A stretch of DNA of 64,000 bases from assembly GCA_963754925.1 (NCBI GenBank), contig CAVWHX010000004.1:1428422-1492421 (forward strand), written 5' to 3'. Each line of letters starts with the position of its first letter. The stretch's first letter is position 1. The stretch is from an uncultured delta proteobacterium (GTDB taxonomy: Bacteria; Myxococcota; B64-G9). Shown piece by piece: positions 1-9,786 of the stretch. A program made the translations under genes and the position numbers. The notes under the pieces were generated by a model. The model saw nothing but the letters and a program-made list of their open reading frames with translations, did not search any database and was not told the origin of the DNA.

Positions 1-171
1 GAGTGCTTGAGCCGGCGCCGTGCTTGTGGGCGTGTTTGTGTTCATGGGCATGCTCATGGCTGTGCTTGTGTTCGTGTTCGTGTGAATGCGCCGTATCTCC
101 ATGGGCATGTTTGTGCTCATGAAGATGAGGGTGTCCATGAGCATGTAGATGTTTGTGTTCGTGGTTTCCAT
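1..171 (-). CDS. His-rich metal-binding peptide or protein N-terminus (partial, runs off left edge; probable 1-nt indel near start)
   Basis: Minus frame reads NHEHKHLHAHGHPHLHEHKHAHGDTAHSHEHEHKHSHEHAHEHKHAHKHGAGSST. GGAGGT RBS lies upstream of the ATG at 171, which is one base out of frame across an A-run. Confidence 0.55.
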   Translation of the reverse strand, partial: METTNTNIYMLMDTLIFMSTNMPMEIRRIHTNTNTSTAMSMPMNTNTPTSTAPAQAL

Positions 172-316
172 CGATGATACTTAACCTCCGTTCATGGTTC
201 TTGAATATAGTATAGTATAAGAGAAATGGAATTAAAATCTCAAATCCGACCTTTGTTCTTCTCTAGGTTCGGCGTAGCTCATTTTCACTTGACAAGCGAG
301 GATCGCTTGTGGTTAA

Positions 317-345
317 GGTATTACGATTTTATATTTAGTAATACC
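317..345. promoter_or_regulatory. NikR-type operator (perfect inverted repeat GGTATTAC-N13-GTAATACC)
   Basis: Perfect 8-bp arms around an AT-rich spacer, between TTGACA (289-294) and the RBS of the 373 gene. Architecture resembles the E. coli NikR site GTATGA-N16-TCATAC. Confidence 0.6.
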
Positions 346-372
346 AATATCAACTGGAAAGGAGCACCTACG

Positions 373-867
373 ATGAGGATTTTCACAAAAGCCGTTGCGT
401 TGTTTTTCGTGTCATCGACATTGCTGTTAGGTTGCGGCGATGACAAGGGTTCTGCCGTGGTCTCGATTATGAATGACTTCAATGATTCCACTATGGCCTA
501 TCAGCCGCCGTGGACGATCTGCGAGTCGTCGTACCTCGGTGTTGAGTTCGGGAAGATCGAACTCGGAGCAACCAGCGCGAAGCAGAAGGTTGTTCCCGGT
601 CTGGACTATGTTCTGATGGTGGCGGCCTGGGATGATACGACCTGCGCGGTGGAGCACTGCCTGCCCCTCGCCTCGGAGAACGAGGAGGAGGTGGTGGACG
701 GCCAAACCCGGACCATCGCCATAAACATGGCGAACCATCAGGGCCCCTGTCCACCCGAGGGCGTAGCGCCCATACCCGAGGCGCAGTACGACCGCATCCT
801 ACAACTGTGGCCTGAATACAACTTCAAGCCCTACGCGCAGAGAACTGAAAACACGGAGTGTCAATAA
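373..867 (+). CDS. Uncharacterised Cys-containing lipoprotein
   Basis: AAAGGAG RBS; signal peptide with lipobox LLG-C; first gene of the operon. Confidence 0.8.
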   Translation: MRIFTKAVALFFVSSTLLLGCGDDKGSAVVSIMNDFNDSTMAYQPPWTICESSYLGVEFGKIELGATSAKQKVVPGLDYVLMVAAWDDTTCAVEHCLPLASENEEEVVDGQTRTIAINMANHQGPCPPEGVAPIPEAQYDRILQLWPEYNFKPYAQRTENTECQ

Positions 868-952
868 AAATGGCTTTCCCACTTTCTCGGCTGCTTGCCA
901 TGCCATTACGTACATAATGCTAGAACGATCGAGCAGAGGTTTTTGCAGAAGC

Positions 953-1426
953 ATGAGCTTGTCGATAAAAGTGCCCATCATTCTTATGCTGCTTGTTTGC
1001 GGCGGCTGCGACCTTGAGTATCCGGAGGTCGCGGTCATCAATAAAACCGCCGAGTACATCTTAATCAAGAACCCAAGCTTCAACGGATGCGTGTGGAACA
1101 CCGTCCTCGCTTACGGAGCCGCGACCTCGCCGGGGCGCTGCCTTCCTGGCGACGACCACGTCCACTTCCAAAAGCTGGATGTTCAAGCGTACTGCCAAGA
1201 GCAAGCTGAAGACGGCACCTTGCCTGGCGTTTGCCCGTGTGACGGGGGTGTTGCGATTTCGCCGGACGGCGGCGTCGACCAGGGTCTCGTGAACGCGGTA
1301 CCGCTCTGGTTTAACTACGAGACCGTCTCAATCAAGCATGTCAACTATGGGCAATTTCATCTCTTCGAAATCACTCTCGACGACATGGAACAGGACTTCT
1401 CTATGCCCGGCCCCTATGGCCATTGA
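953..1426 (+). CDS. Uncharacterised Cys-containing lipoprotein, probable paralog of 373..867
   Basis: Signal peptide ending CGG-C; shares an S[YF]xG...GA(A)TS...PG[LD]D[YH]V pattern with the preceding ORF. Confidence 0.75.
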   Translation: MSLSIKVPIILMLLVCGGCDLEYPEVAVINKTAEYILIKNPSFNGCVWNTVLAYGAATSPGRCLPGDDHVHFQKLDVQAYCQEQAEDGTLPGVCPCDGGVAISPDGGVDQGLVNAVPLWFNYETVSIKHVNYGQFHLFEITLDDMEQDFSMPGPYGH

Positions 1427-1431
1427 GGAGC

Positions 1432-3326
1432 ATGTCGATGAAGGCGGCTCCTTGGTTGTTAATCGCGTTGTTGATGGTATCCGTCACCGCACGAGCCAAC
1501 GACGAGCCGCCTCTGCCGCCGGATAACATCGCCGACGCACAGCCGCCGTCGAACGAGCCCACCGAAGAAGTGGTGGTGGTTGGCCGCAAACCAATCTCAG
1601 CGGACCGCACGCAGGATGCAACGCAGGTCGACGGCCAGCGCATTCGTGACAGCTCACGCGGCGGCACGTTCGATGCGCTCTCGCAAGATGCAGCCGACGT
1701 GTATGTGCCCGGGGGTGGCGTCGCTTTGCACGGCGTGTCTAACGGAGCAACGGGCGGCATCATGATTCGCGGTCTCGGAGGAAGCCCCAATTCTCAGGTT
1801 CTCGTGGTCGAGGATGGCGTGCCCGACTACCAGGGAATCTTTGGTCACCCGATTCCCGACGCTTATATACCAACCCTTATCGACGAGGCGTTGGTCATAA
1901 AGGGGGGCGATTCGACCCTATACGGCACCAATGCCATGGGCGGCGTCGTGGTTATCCGCAGTCGTTGGCGCGACCAGGAGGGATACGAGTTCTTGAATGA
2001 TGCCGCTTACGGTAGCTATGCGACGCTGCGCGAATCCGCGTCCTTCCTCGGGCGCTTCGGCGCCTGAGATGTCGCCGCGGCGTTTTACGACCTGAAGACG
2101 GACGGACACCGGGAGGGCGCCGGCGGTAACGACATGGTCGGGACGACCGCGTTGCGGTACCGAGTATTGCCGGACCTTTGCGTCACTTTAAGAAACAAAG
2201 TCGTTCATGTCGAGGGCGGCGACCCAGGTCCCGTCACCAACCCGACGATCGATCACTGGTTCGATGTCTGGCGCGACAATGCCTCGCTCCAACTTGCCTA
2301 TACGCCCGAAGCGTTTCGTCTCACATTCACTCCTTACTTGAATGTGGAATTCATCGCCTCTATGACGGGTTCTATGCCCAAGACTACGTTGGCGGGGGTA
2401 TCGGCGAGTTGGATATGCGCCTGCATCGTACGACGAAACTGCTTGTTGGGCTTGCGGCTGAGTGGATTGATGGCACGGTGAAAAATCGTATCACGGGCGT
2501 GCGGCCGAATGTCCGCGGCCATTCGGATACCTCCTTTTACAATCAGCTCACCCTGCGGCCGGTCGATTCTCTAACTATTACGTTGGGAAGCCGGGAGCTT
2601 TAAAGCAGCAAGTATGGCTTCGTGCCTCTCTACAAAGCCGGCGCACGGCTTGGATATCGGCCAGGGCTTTCTACCTGCAACGCCGCGTGTCCCGGAACTT
2701 CCGGCAGCCGACTATTCGCGAGCTCTACCTGCCGTACCCGACGGCCAACCCCGACCTCAAGCCGGAGTACGCGCTCAACGGGGACTTCGGCGCCGGCTTA
2801 CGTTCGGAGCACTTCGAGCTCGCTGCAGCGGCTACCGCACCGAGGCCCAGGACCTCATCAAGTACTTCGGCGTGTGGCCCTCCGCCGAGGTCGTCAACAT
2901 CGACCACATCGTCATCTGGGGCGTCGAGGGCGCGGGTCGCGCGTGCAAGCGGATCGGGCCGCTCTCGGCCTATCGTCACCGGCGACTGGCAGGACGTCGG
3001 CCGCTACACGCGGCAGAACCCGGATGCGAAGGTCAATTTCACCCTGGAAGTCACACAGGAATTCGGCGCCCACTTCTTCTTCGCCAGCCTGACCGGCGAA
3101 TGGGTGCACGGCCTCTACATGGCAGACTACAACCGGCAGCCGCATCCCGGACGTCTTTGTGATGGACTCGGCCCTGCGCTACCGCTATACGTCTGCGGAG
3201 AGCGCGGCATCGCCATCGAGCCGTACTGTTCTCCTGCGCAACTTCCTCGACCGGCGTTACGCCTACGTCGAGGGCTATCCGATGCCCGGCTTCAACGTCC
3301 TCGCCGGGCTGAAGATCGGGATCTGA
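1432..3326 (+). CDS. TonB-dependent outer-membrane receptor (split by several indels and stops)
   Basis: TonB box EEVVVVG; plug motifs IRGLGG, VLVVEDGVP, KGGDSTLYGTNAMGGVV; barrel motifs FRQPTIRELY, NPDLKPE; C-terminus GYPMPGFNVLAGLKIGI*. Pieces lie in different frames. Confidence 0.85.
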
Positions 3327-3327
3327 A

Positions 3328-3866
3328 ATGAGCAGTCGCCTACTCACCTCGCGAGCTCGCATACTGCGGGCCTGTTCGGCGCCGCGTCTCTGCTGCTACC
3401 CGTGCTCTTCCACCTGGTCCACCTGGGCACGTCTTCATGCCCATGTACCTTCCGCTTGTGATTGCTTGCTTTTTTTGTCGGTCCATTGCCGGCCGCCGTC
3501 ACCGCGTTCATTGTGCCATTGCTGTCGGGGGCCGTGACCGGCATGCCGCCCTTCTATCCGCCGGTGGCGATCTTCATGGCGATCGAGCTTGCTACGATGG
3601 CGGCGCTGATTGCTTCCCTAGTTCGCCGCTGGCCGCGAATCAACGAATGGTTGGTGTTGATTCCGGTTCTTCTGCTTGGGCGGGTTCTCTATGTCGGGCT
3701 GGTGTATGGCTTCTCTCTGGTCATTGCACTCCCGGCGGGCTTCATGGCCGGCATGTCCTTCCTGAGCGGCTGGCCCGGCATCATCCTGATGGTCGTCGTG
3801 GTGCCGCCGTGGCAAGAGTGGGGCGAGAGGACGGCTCGGCTTGGGGTTGAGCGCGAAAAGGAGTAA
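3328..3866 (+). CDS. ECF transporter substrate-specific (S) component (frameshifted)
   Basis: Hydrophobic ~180 aa when joined: LLPVLFHLVHLGHVFMPMYLP...PLLSGAVTGMPP; clustered with EcfT/EcfA. Confidence 0.7.
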
Positions 3867-3871
3867 GTCGA

Positions 3872-4483
3872 ATGAACACAAACCAAGGGGCCATGTTCTT
3901 CGATGGCATCGCAGAGAAGTGGGACGGCTGGGAGGACCTGGACGAGCTCGCGCGCAAGCTTGCCGCGGGTCTCGAGGAGCTGGGGGTAGGCAGAGACGAG
4001 ACGGTGCTCGACATCGGTTGCGGGACGGGCAATCTCACCCGAGCGCTCCTCGCCCGACTTCCCCTGCCGGCCGGGTGGTGGCCGTCGACATCTCGCCGCG
4101 CATGATCGAGATTGCGCGCCGCAAGGTTAGTGACGGGCGGGTCACGTGGCACGCCGGCGACGCTCGATCGCTGCCCCTCGCGGATGCGTCATGCGACCGC
4201 GTCATATGCTATTCGGTGTGGCCGCACTTTGACGACCGTGCGGCGATCGCGAACTGAGCTAAGCAGAGTGCTGAGGCCCGAGGGCTGTCTTCACATCTGG
4301 CACTTGATGGCGCGAGAACGCGTCAATGAGATCCACGCTGCGGCGGATGCGGCGGTGCGGCATGACCTGCTGCCACCTGCACGGGAAACGGCACAACTGC
4401 TCGCCGTCGCCGGATTCCAAATCACAACCGTTGTCGAAAATCAGGAGCGCTACCTGGTAACGGCGATCAAACTGGCACGGTAG
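3872..4483 (+). CDS. Class I SAM-dependent methyltransferase (frameshifted)
   Basis: VLDIGCGTG, VVAVDISPRM, GDARSLP, RVLRPEG spread over three frames. Confidence 0.85.
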
Positions 4484-4489
4484 GTAATC

Positions 4490-5251
4490 ATGCGAACGCC
4501 ATGGCACAAGATCTGGGGATGTGCGCGAGGCCCGGTCACGGGTCTGGCTCCGCATACCCGTATTGTGACCGGCGCCACGATGTTCGCCGCCTGCATGGTG
4601 ACCCCAGCTGACACCGTTATCGGGTCGTTTCTCGTCATGGGCATTGCTGTGGCGTGGACAATCGCGTGCCGGCCACCGCTTAACGTTGTAGGCGCCACGC
4701 TGTTTTTCGGACTAGCGCTGTTTCTACCATACTTCCTGCTGGTGCCTCTTATTCCGGTAGATTCCTCCCTTGCGTCGGAACACTGGCAGCGGGCGTTTGT
4801 CGTCCCTTGGAGCGTTCTGCTTCGCGGACTCAGCGGTATGTTGATCTCGATAGGCACAGCGGCCGCGTTGAGCGCAAGCGATTTGCGGGAGGGGCTGGTT
4901 CGTCTTCCCGTTCCGACCGTAGTGACCGCGATTTTGCTACAAATTGTTCATCAGACAGCGACGCTTTTTTATGAGACCAGGCGGGTGGCCTCGGCCGTGG
5001 CTGTGCGCGGGGCGTCGACCGGTGGTGTCGCCGTGTGGCGCGTGCTCTTTTCGCTGCCGCGCGTTTGGCTTCCACGGATCATCGTGCGCGCGGAACGGGT
5101 GGCGGCCGCCATGGAGCTACGGGGCTACTGCGACGGCGACCTCCGGCCTTTTCAGCGGGTCACGATGGGAGTTGCCGACGGCGTCGCCCTCGTGCTGGCC
5201 GTCGGTGTATTGGGGTTGGCGGCGACTATCCGCCTCTGGAGCATTCGATGA
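4490..5251 (+). CDS. ECF transporter transmembrane T component (CbiQ/EcfT family)
   Basis: Multi-TM protein with the two conserved Arg motifs (AVAVRG; RAERVAAAMELRGY). Confidence 0.85.
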   Translation: MRTPWHKIWGCARGPVTGLAPHTRIVTGATMFAACMVTPADTVIGSFLVMGIAVAWTIACRPPLNVVGATLFFGLALFLPYFLLVPLIPVDSSLASEHWQRAFVVPWSVLLRGLSGMLISIGTAAALSASDLREGLVRLPVPTVVTAILLQIVHQTATLFYETRRVASAVAVRGASTGGVAVWRVLFSLPRVWLPRIIVRAERVAAAMELRGYCDGDLRPFQRVTMGVADGVALVLAVGVLGLAATIRLWSIR

Positions 5252-5976
5252 ACGAATCGGCGCTTGCCTTTCATGACGTCAGTGTTCGCTACGAGCCGGG
5301 CGAGGAGGCGACCGTGGCGGGCATATCGTTCTCGGTGGCAGCTGGGGAGCGCGTCGCGTTGGTTGGGCTCAATGGGTCGGGCAAGACGACTATTCTAATG
5401 ACCGCGGTCGGTCTCGTCCCGCACCAGGGTGAGATCCGGGTCGGCGGTGTTGTGCTTACGCGCAAGACACTATCACCAATCCGAGACCGAATCGGGTTTC
5501 TTTTCAACGTCCCCGAGGATCAGCTCCTCTTCTCGCGGGTGGTTGACGATGTTGAATTCGGCCTTCTACGCAGGGGTCGGTCCTCGTCCGAAGCAACGGC
5601 GAAAGCCGTGCAGACCCTCGATGAACTGGGGGTCGCACACCTCGCCGAATCTCCGCTCCACCACCTTTCGCACGGACAAAAGCAGCGGGTGGCCCTTGCC
5701 GGGGCACTCGCCGCGGACCCGCACTTGCTACTCCTCGATGAACCATCTGCGGGGCTTGACCCACCGGGTAAGCGCGTTCTCGCCCGGCTTCTCGAACGAC
5801 CTGGCGCAGCGATGCTGGTCGCTACGCACGACCTCGACTTTGCTGCACGGGTGTGCAAGCGGTTTATCATGCTCGATCAAGGCCATATCGTCTTCGACGG
5901 TGCAGATACCGCAACGGTGCTTCAACGCTGGGAGATGGGCGAGCCAACGCTCGCGAATAGGAATATGTCTTTTTAA
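5248..5976 (+). CDS. ECF transporter ATPase (CbiO/EcfA family)
   Basis: Walker A GLNGSGKT, PEDQL, LSHGQKQR, LLLDEP; ATGA overlap with the T gene. Confidence 0.9.
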   Translation: MNESALAFHDVSVRYEPGEEATVAGISFSVAAGERVALVGLNGSGKTTILMTAVGLVPHQGEIRVGGVVLTRKTLSPIRDRIGFLFNVPEDQLLFSRVVDDVEFGLLRRGRSSSEATAKAVQTLDELGVAHLAESPLHHLSHGQKQRVALAGALAADPHLLLLDEPSAGLDPPGKRVLARLLERPGAAMLVATHDLDFAARVCKRFIMLDQGHIVFDGADTATVLQRWEMGEPTLANRNMSF

Positions 5977-6014
5977 TAAGCCCTATCACCACTTTCTACA
6001 ATGTTGTTCAGCTC

Positions 6015-6983
6015 CTAAATCCCGCCGCCTTCGGTGAAGCGCTCTTCTTGCACTTGCGCTTGGGTGATGCGGGAGCCGGGCGGGACGCTGCGGGTGAGCC
6101 AGACATTGCCGCCGATGCTAGAACCCGCGCCGATAGTTACCCGACCGAGGATGGTGGCGCCGGCATAGATGATCACGTCGTCTTCGACCTGGGGGTGACG
6201 CGGTATACCCTTCACCAGGTGGCCTTGATCGTCGAGCGCAAAGCTTTTGGCGCCAAGGGTCACGCCCTGATAGAGCCGCACCCGCTTCCCGATCACCGCC
6301 GTTTCGCCGATCACGACGCCGGTGCCGTGATCGATGAAAAAGAACTCCCCGATCTTCGCTCCGGGATGAATATCGATACCCGTGGTGCTGTGGGCATGCT
6401 CGGTGATGATGCGTGGAATCAGCGGCACTCCAAGAACATGCAGCTCATGGGCCAAGCGATAGTTGGTGATGGCCAGAATTCCCGGGTAACAGAAGATGGC
6501 CTCACTCGGCGAGGTGGCGGCCGGGTCGCCCTCGTAGGCTGCCTGCACGTCGGTAACCAGGAGCTGGCGCACCTCCGGCAGGCCATGCATGAAACGGCAG
6601 ATAATCTCCGTGGCGCGAGCGTCGCATTCTGGGCAATGGGTTGGATCTTCCCCACAGACAAAGCAAAGCCCGCGCTTAACCTGCTCGTTGAGGCTATTTT
6701 GAATGCCATCAAGGGTGGCGCCGACATAAAAACGCATGGTCTCGTCGTTTATGTCGGGAGGGCCGAAGTAACCAGGAAACAGCACCTCGCGCAGCATCTC
6801 GATGATCCGGACGATCTCGTCACGCGAAGGCAGCATTTGTTTTCTAAGGCCCTGAAGGTCGCGCCGGCTCAGACCGTTCTGCGAGGAGCACAGATCCTCA
6901 ACTACCGGGGTCAACAACGGAAAATGCGGTTTGGGATGCGCGCACACCAAATCTTCTGGTTTCGTGGAGTCAATCTCTTTCAT
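6015..6983 (-). CDS. cysE: Serine O-acetyltransferase (CysE/EpsC type)
   Basis: GDPAA, TGIDIHPGAKIG, FFIDHGTGVVIGET, YQGVTLGA, RHP hexapeptide motifs. Confidence 0.92.
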   Translation of the reverse strand: MKEIDSTKPEDLVCAHPKPHFPLLTPVVEDLCSSQNGLSRRDLQGLRKQMLPSRDEIVRIIEMLREVLFPGYFGPPDINDETMRFYVGATLDGIQNSLNEQVKRGLCFVCGEDPTHCPECDARATEIICRFMHGLPEVRQLLVTDVQAAYEGDPAATSPSEAIFCYPGILAITNYRLAHELHVLGVPLIPRIITEHAHSTTGIDIHPGAKIGEFFFIDHGTGVVIGETAVIGKRVRLYQGVTLGAKSFALDDQGHLVKGIPRHPQVEDDVIIYAGATILGRVTIGAGSSIGGNVWLTRSVPPGSRITQAQVQEERFTEGGGI

Positions 6984-7211
6984 GGTATTCTCCCTGCTCA
7001 ATTCCAAGAAAACTCCTAATATAAAACATGTTGCGCTGATTCTCGCAAGTCATAGATGGGCGCAAAAAATATCTCTTGATCTATGAGAAAAACAACGCTA
7101 CACAAAGACGCGCATCTTAGTGATTGACACAAGAGTCAAAAATCTGTAAGGGAGAAATGAGTGGGAGTATTTTTGTACACATGATACCCAGCCTCTGAAG
7201 GGAGTGAACGG

Positions 7212-9034
7212 ATGAATGTGAGTCTCCAAAAGACGATCCAGGAGATCGCAACCAAGGTCGGTTCCGACCGTACCCGCATGATGGATGTGGTGCGTGAGGT
7301 CCAAGCCCGTCACGGGTGTGTCTCGAACGAGGCGCTGGACCTTGTCGCGAACGCTCTCAAAACGCAGCGGGTCGAGGTTGAGGGCGTGGTGAGCTTCTAC
7401 GCCTTTCTCTCGACCTTGCCCAAGGGCAAGACGGTCATTCGGATGACCAATTGCGTCACCTGCCGCATGCGCGGAGCCGACCGGGTGGCCGAGGCATTCG
7501 AAAAAGAGTTGGGCCTCAAGTTTGGCCAGACCTCGGCCGACGGAAAAATAACCCTGGAGCACGCTCCCTGCATGGGATTGTGCGATCAAGGCCCGGCCGC
7601 GCTGGTCAACGAGGTTCCGGTGACCTACCTGTCCACCGATAAGGTCAGCGAAATCGTCCGGACCATTAAAACGGCCGAAGAATCGCATAAACTCGTCTAT
7701 ACGGTCGGCGAGGGCCAGAACGCATCCGATCTCGTTCACTCGATGGTGATCAACAACATCCGACGCAAGGGCGAAGTGATTTTTGCGCCTATGACGGTCG
7801 GGGCTGCTATCCAAAAAGCGGTGGCGATGAGCCCGGTCGAGGTGATCCGTTCTGATTAAGACCGCCCGCTTGCGTGGCCGCGGCGGCGCCGGATTCCCGA
7901 CCGGTATGAAGTGGGAGTTTGCCCGTAATGCTGAAGGCAAACGGAAGATGGTCATTTGCAACGCCGATGAGGGCGAGCCGGGTACCTTCAAGGATCGCGT
8001 GATTTTGACTGAAGCCGCGGACATGCTTTTTGAAGGCATGACCATTGCTGGCTATGCGATCGGCGCCGAGGAGGGCATACTGTATCTCCGGGGCGAGTAC
8101 GAATACCTGCGGAAATATCTCGAGCATGTGTTGGCCGAGCGCCGGAAGAAGAATCTGCTCGGTAACGGCATTGCCGGCAAAGCGGGCTTCACGTTTAACA
8201 TTCGCCTGCAGATGGGCGCGGGCGCTTATGTGTGCGGCGAGGAATCGGCCCTCATTCGCTCGTGTGAAGGAGCCCGCGGAGCCCCGCGCGATCGGCCGCC
8301 GTTCCCGGTTGAGCGCGGCTATCTCAATCTACCGACCTCGGTCAACAACGTCGAAACCTTCTGCTGCGCGGCACGGGTGTTGGAAAAAGGGGCGCCGTGG
8401 TTTTCTCAAATCGGGACGAAGGACAGCACCGGCACCAAGCTGTTCAGCGTCAGCGGCGACTGCCAGGCGCCGGGCATCTATGAGGTTCCCTTTGGCCTCA
8501 CGGTGCAAGAATTCCTCAAACTGGTCGGCGGCGACAATGCCATCGCGGTCCAAGTTGGTGGTCCGTCGGGGAGCTGCATCGGTCCGAATATGTTCGAGCG
8601 CAGATTAGCGTTTGAGGATCTGGCCACCGGCGGTTCGATGGTGGTTATTGGTTCTGGTCGTGACTTGTTGGCGATTGCCTCCGAGTTCATGGAATTCTTT
8701 ATCGATGAGAGCTGCGGGTGGTGTGTAGCCGTGCCGGGTGGGCAATGGATTGATAAAAGAACGTCTCGATCGCATTCGGGCTGGCAAGGGCGTAGCCGAA
8801 GACCTAACCTATCTTGATGAGCTGTGCACCATGGTGAAAAAGATGAGTCGGTGTGGCTTGGGCCAGACCTCTCCCAACCCCGTGCAATCTACCTTGCAGA
8901 ACTTCCGCAAACTCTATGAAGCGCGACTGCAAAAAGCGGCCGTGCCCGGCCAACGGGTCAACTTTGATCTCAAGGCGGCGCTGCAGGATGCGATTACGGT
9001 CCAGGGCCGACAGCCGGTCCAGCACCAGGATTAG
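7212..9034 (+). CDS. hoxF: NAD-reducing hydrogenase diaphorase large subunit, NuoE-NuoF fusion (indels near 7851 and 8727)
   Basis: NuoE-like N-terminus (CVTC, CMGLCDQGPA); RGRGGAGFPTG, NADEGEPGTFKDR, GAYVCGEESAL; ESCGWC-PCRVG and SRCGLG once frames are joined. Confidence 0.9.
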
Positions 9035-9047
9035 GAAAGGGCACACT

Positions 9048-9773
9048 ATGACAGAACTGGTAACCTTCACCATCGATGGCACAGAGATCAAGGCCCCGAA
9101 AGGCCAGACCATTCTCCAAGCCGCCGACGAGATGGGTATGTACATTCCCCGCTTGTGCTTCCTTAAAAACGTCAGTCCGGGCGGGCACTGCCGGGTGTGT
9201 ACGGTATTGGTCAACGGCCGCCCGCAGTCGGCCTGCACCCATCCGGTAGGCGAGGGATTGGTGGTTGTGGCCGACACGCCCGAGCTCGCCAACTGGCGCA
9301 AGAGCTTGATAGAACTTCTCTTTGTCGAGGGCAATCATTATTGTATGTTTTGCGAAAAGAGCGGCAACTGTGAGCTCCAGGCTATGGGCTACCGCTTCGG
9401 CATGATGTCCCCGCGCTATCCGTATCAATTCCCCAAGCGCGACGTCGACGCCACCCATCCGGATGTGATGATTGATCACAATCGCTGCATCCTGTGTGGC
9501 CGCTGCGTTCGTACCTCGCAAGAAAAGGACAACAAAGGCATTTTCCAGTTTATCAACCGCGGACACCGTACCAAGGTGGGAGTAAACTCGGCGGCCTTGT
9601 TGGGCGGCACTGGTCTGAAAGTCACCGACGAGGCGGTCAAGGCCTGCCCGGTGGGCGCCATCCTGCGAAAGCGGGTAGGATTCGCCGTTCCCGTGGGTAA
9701 GCGACTCTATGACACGCAACCGATCGGATCGGATATCGAAACCAAAGGCCGCGCCGCGGCACAGGGCAAGTGA
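9048..9773 (+). CDS. hoxU: Diaphorase small Fe-S subunit
   Basis: IPRLC, CRVC, HYCMFCEKSGNCELQ, CILCGRCVR, CPVGA. Confidence 0.92.
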   Translation: MTELVTFTIDGTEIKAPKGQTILQAADEMGMYIPRLCFLKNVSPGGHCRVCTVLVNGRPQSACTHPVGEGLVVVADTPELANWRKSLIELLFVEGNHYCMFCEKSGNCELQAMGYRFGMMSPRYPYQFPKRDVDATHPDVMIDHNRCILCGRCVRTSQEKDNKGIFQFINRGHRTKVGVNSAALLGGTGLKVTDEAVKACPVGAILRKRVGFAVPVGKRLYDTQPIGSDIETKGRAAAQGK

Positions 9774-9786
9774 GGTTAGAACACCC

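Noticed and set aside
226..372. Cobalamin riboswitch, or the longer 226 start for the first lipoprotein
   Set aside because: No B12-box-like sequence. The region holds promoter/operator elements, and the RBS plus signal peptide indicate a start at 373.
2065..2067. Selenocysteine or stop-codon recoding at the in-frame TGA of the TBDR
   Set aside because: The gene has many other indels and a TAA break, TGA is a normal stop elsewhere, and a TGG miscall is simpler.
6048..7019. Long antisense ORFs (also 7098..8045, 48154..49056, 51295..52206, 59348..60349)
   Set aside because: Shadow frames opposite well-supported genes in GC-rich DNA; no motifs.
7851..8740. Programmed frameshifting or a true split of hoxF
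   Set aside because: Single extra bases interrupt conserved motifs without slippery sites; consistent with the general error pattern.
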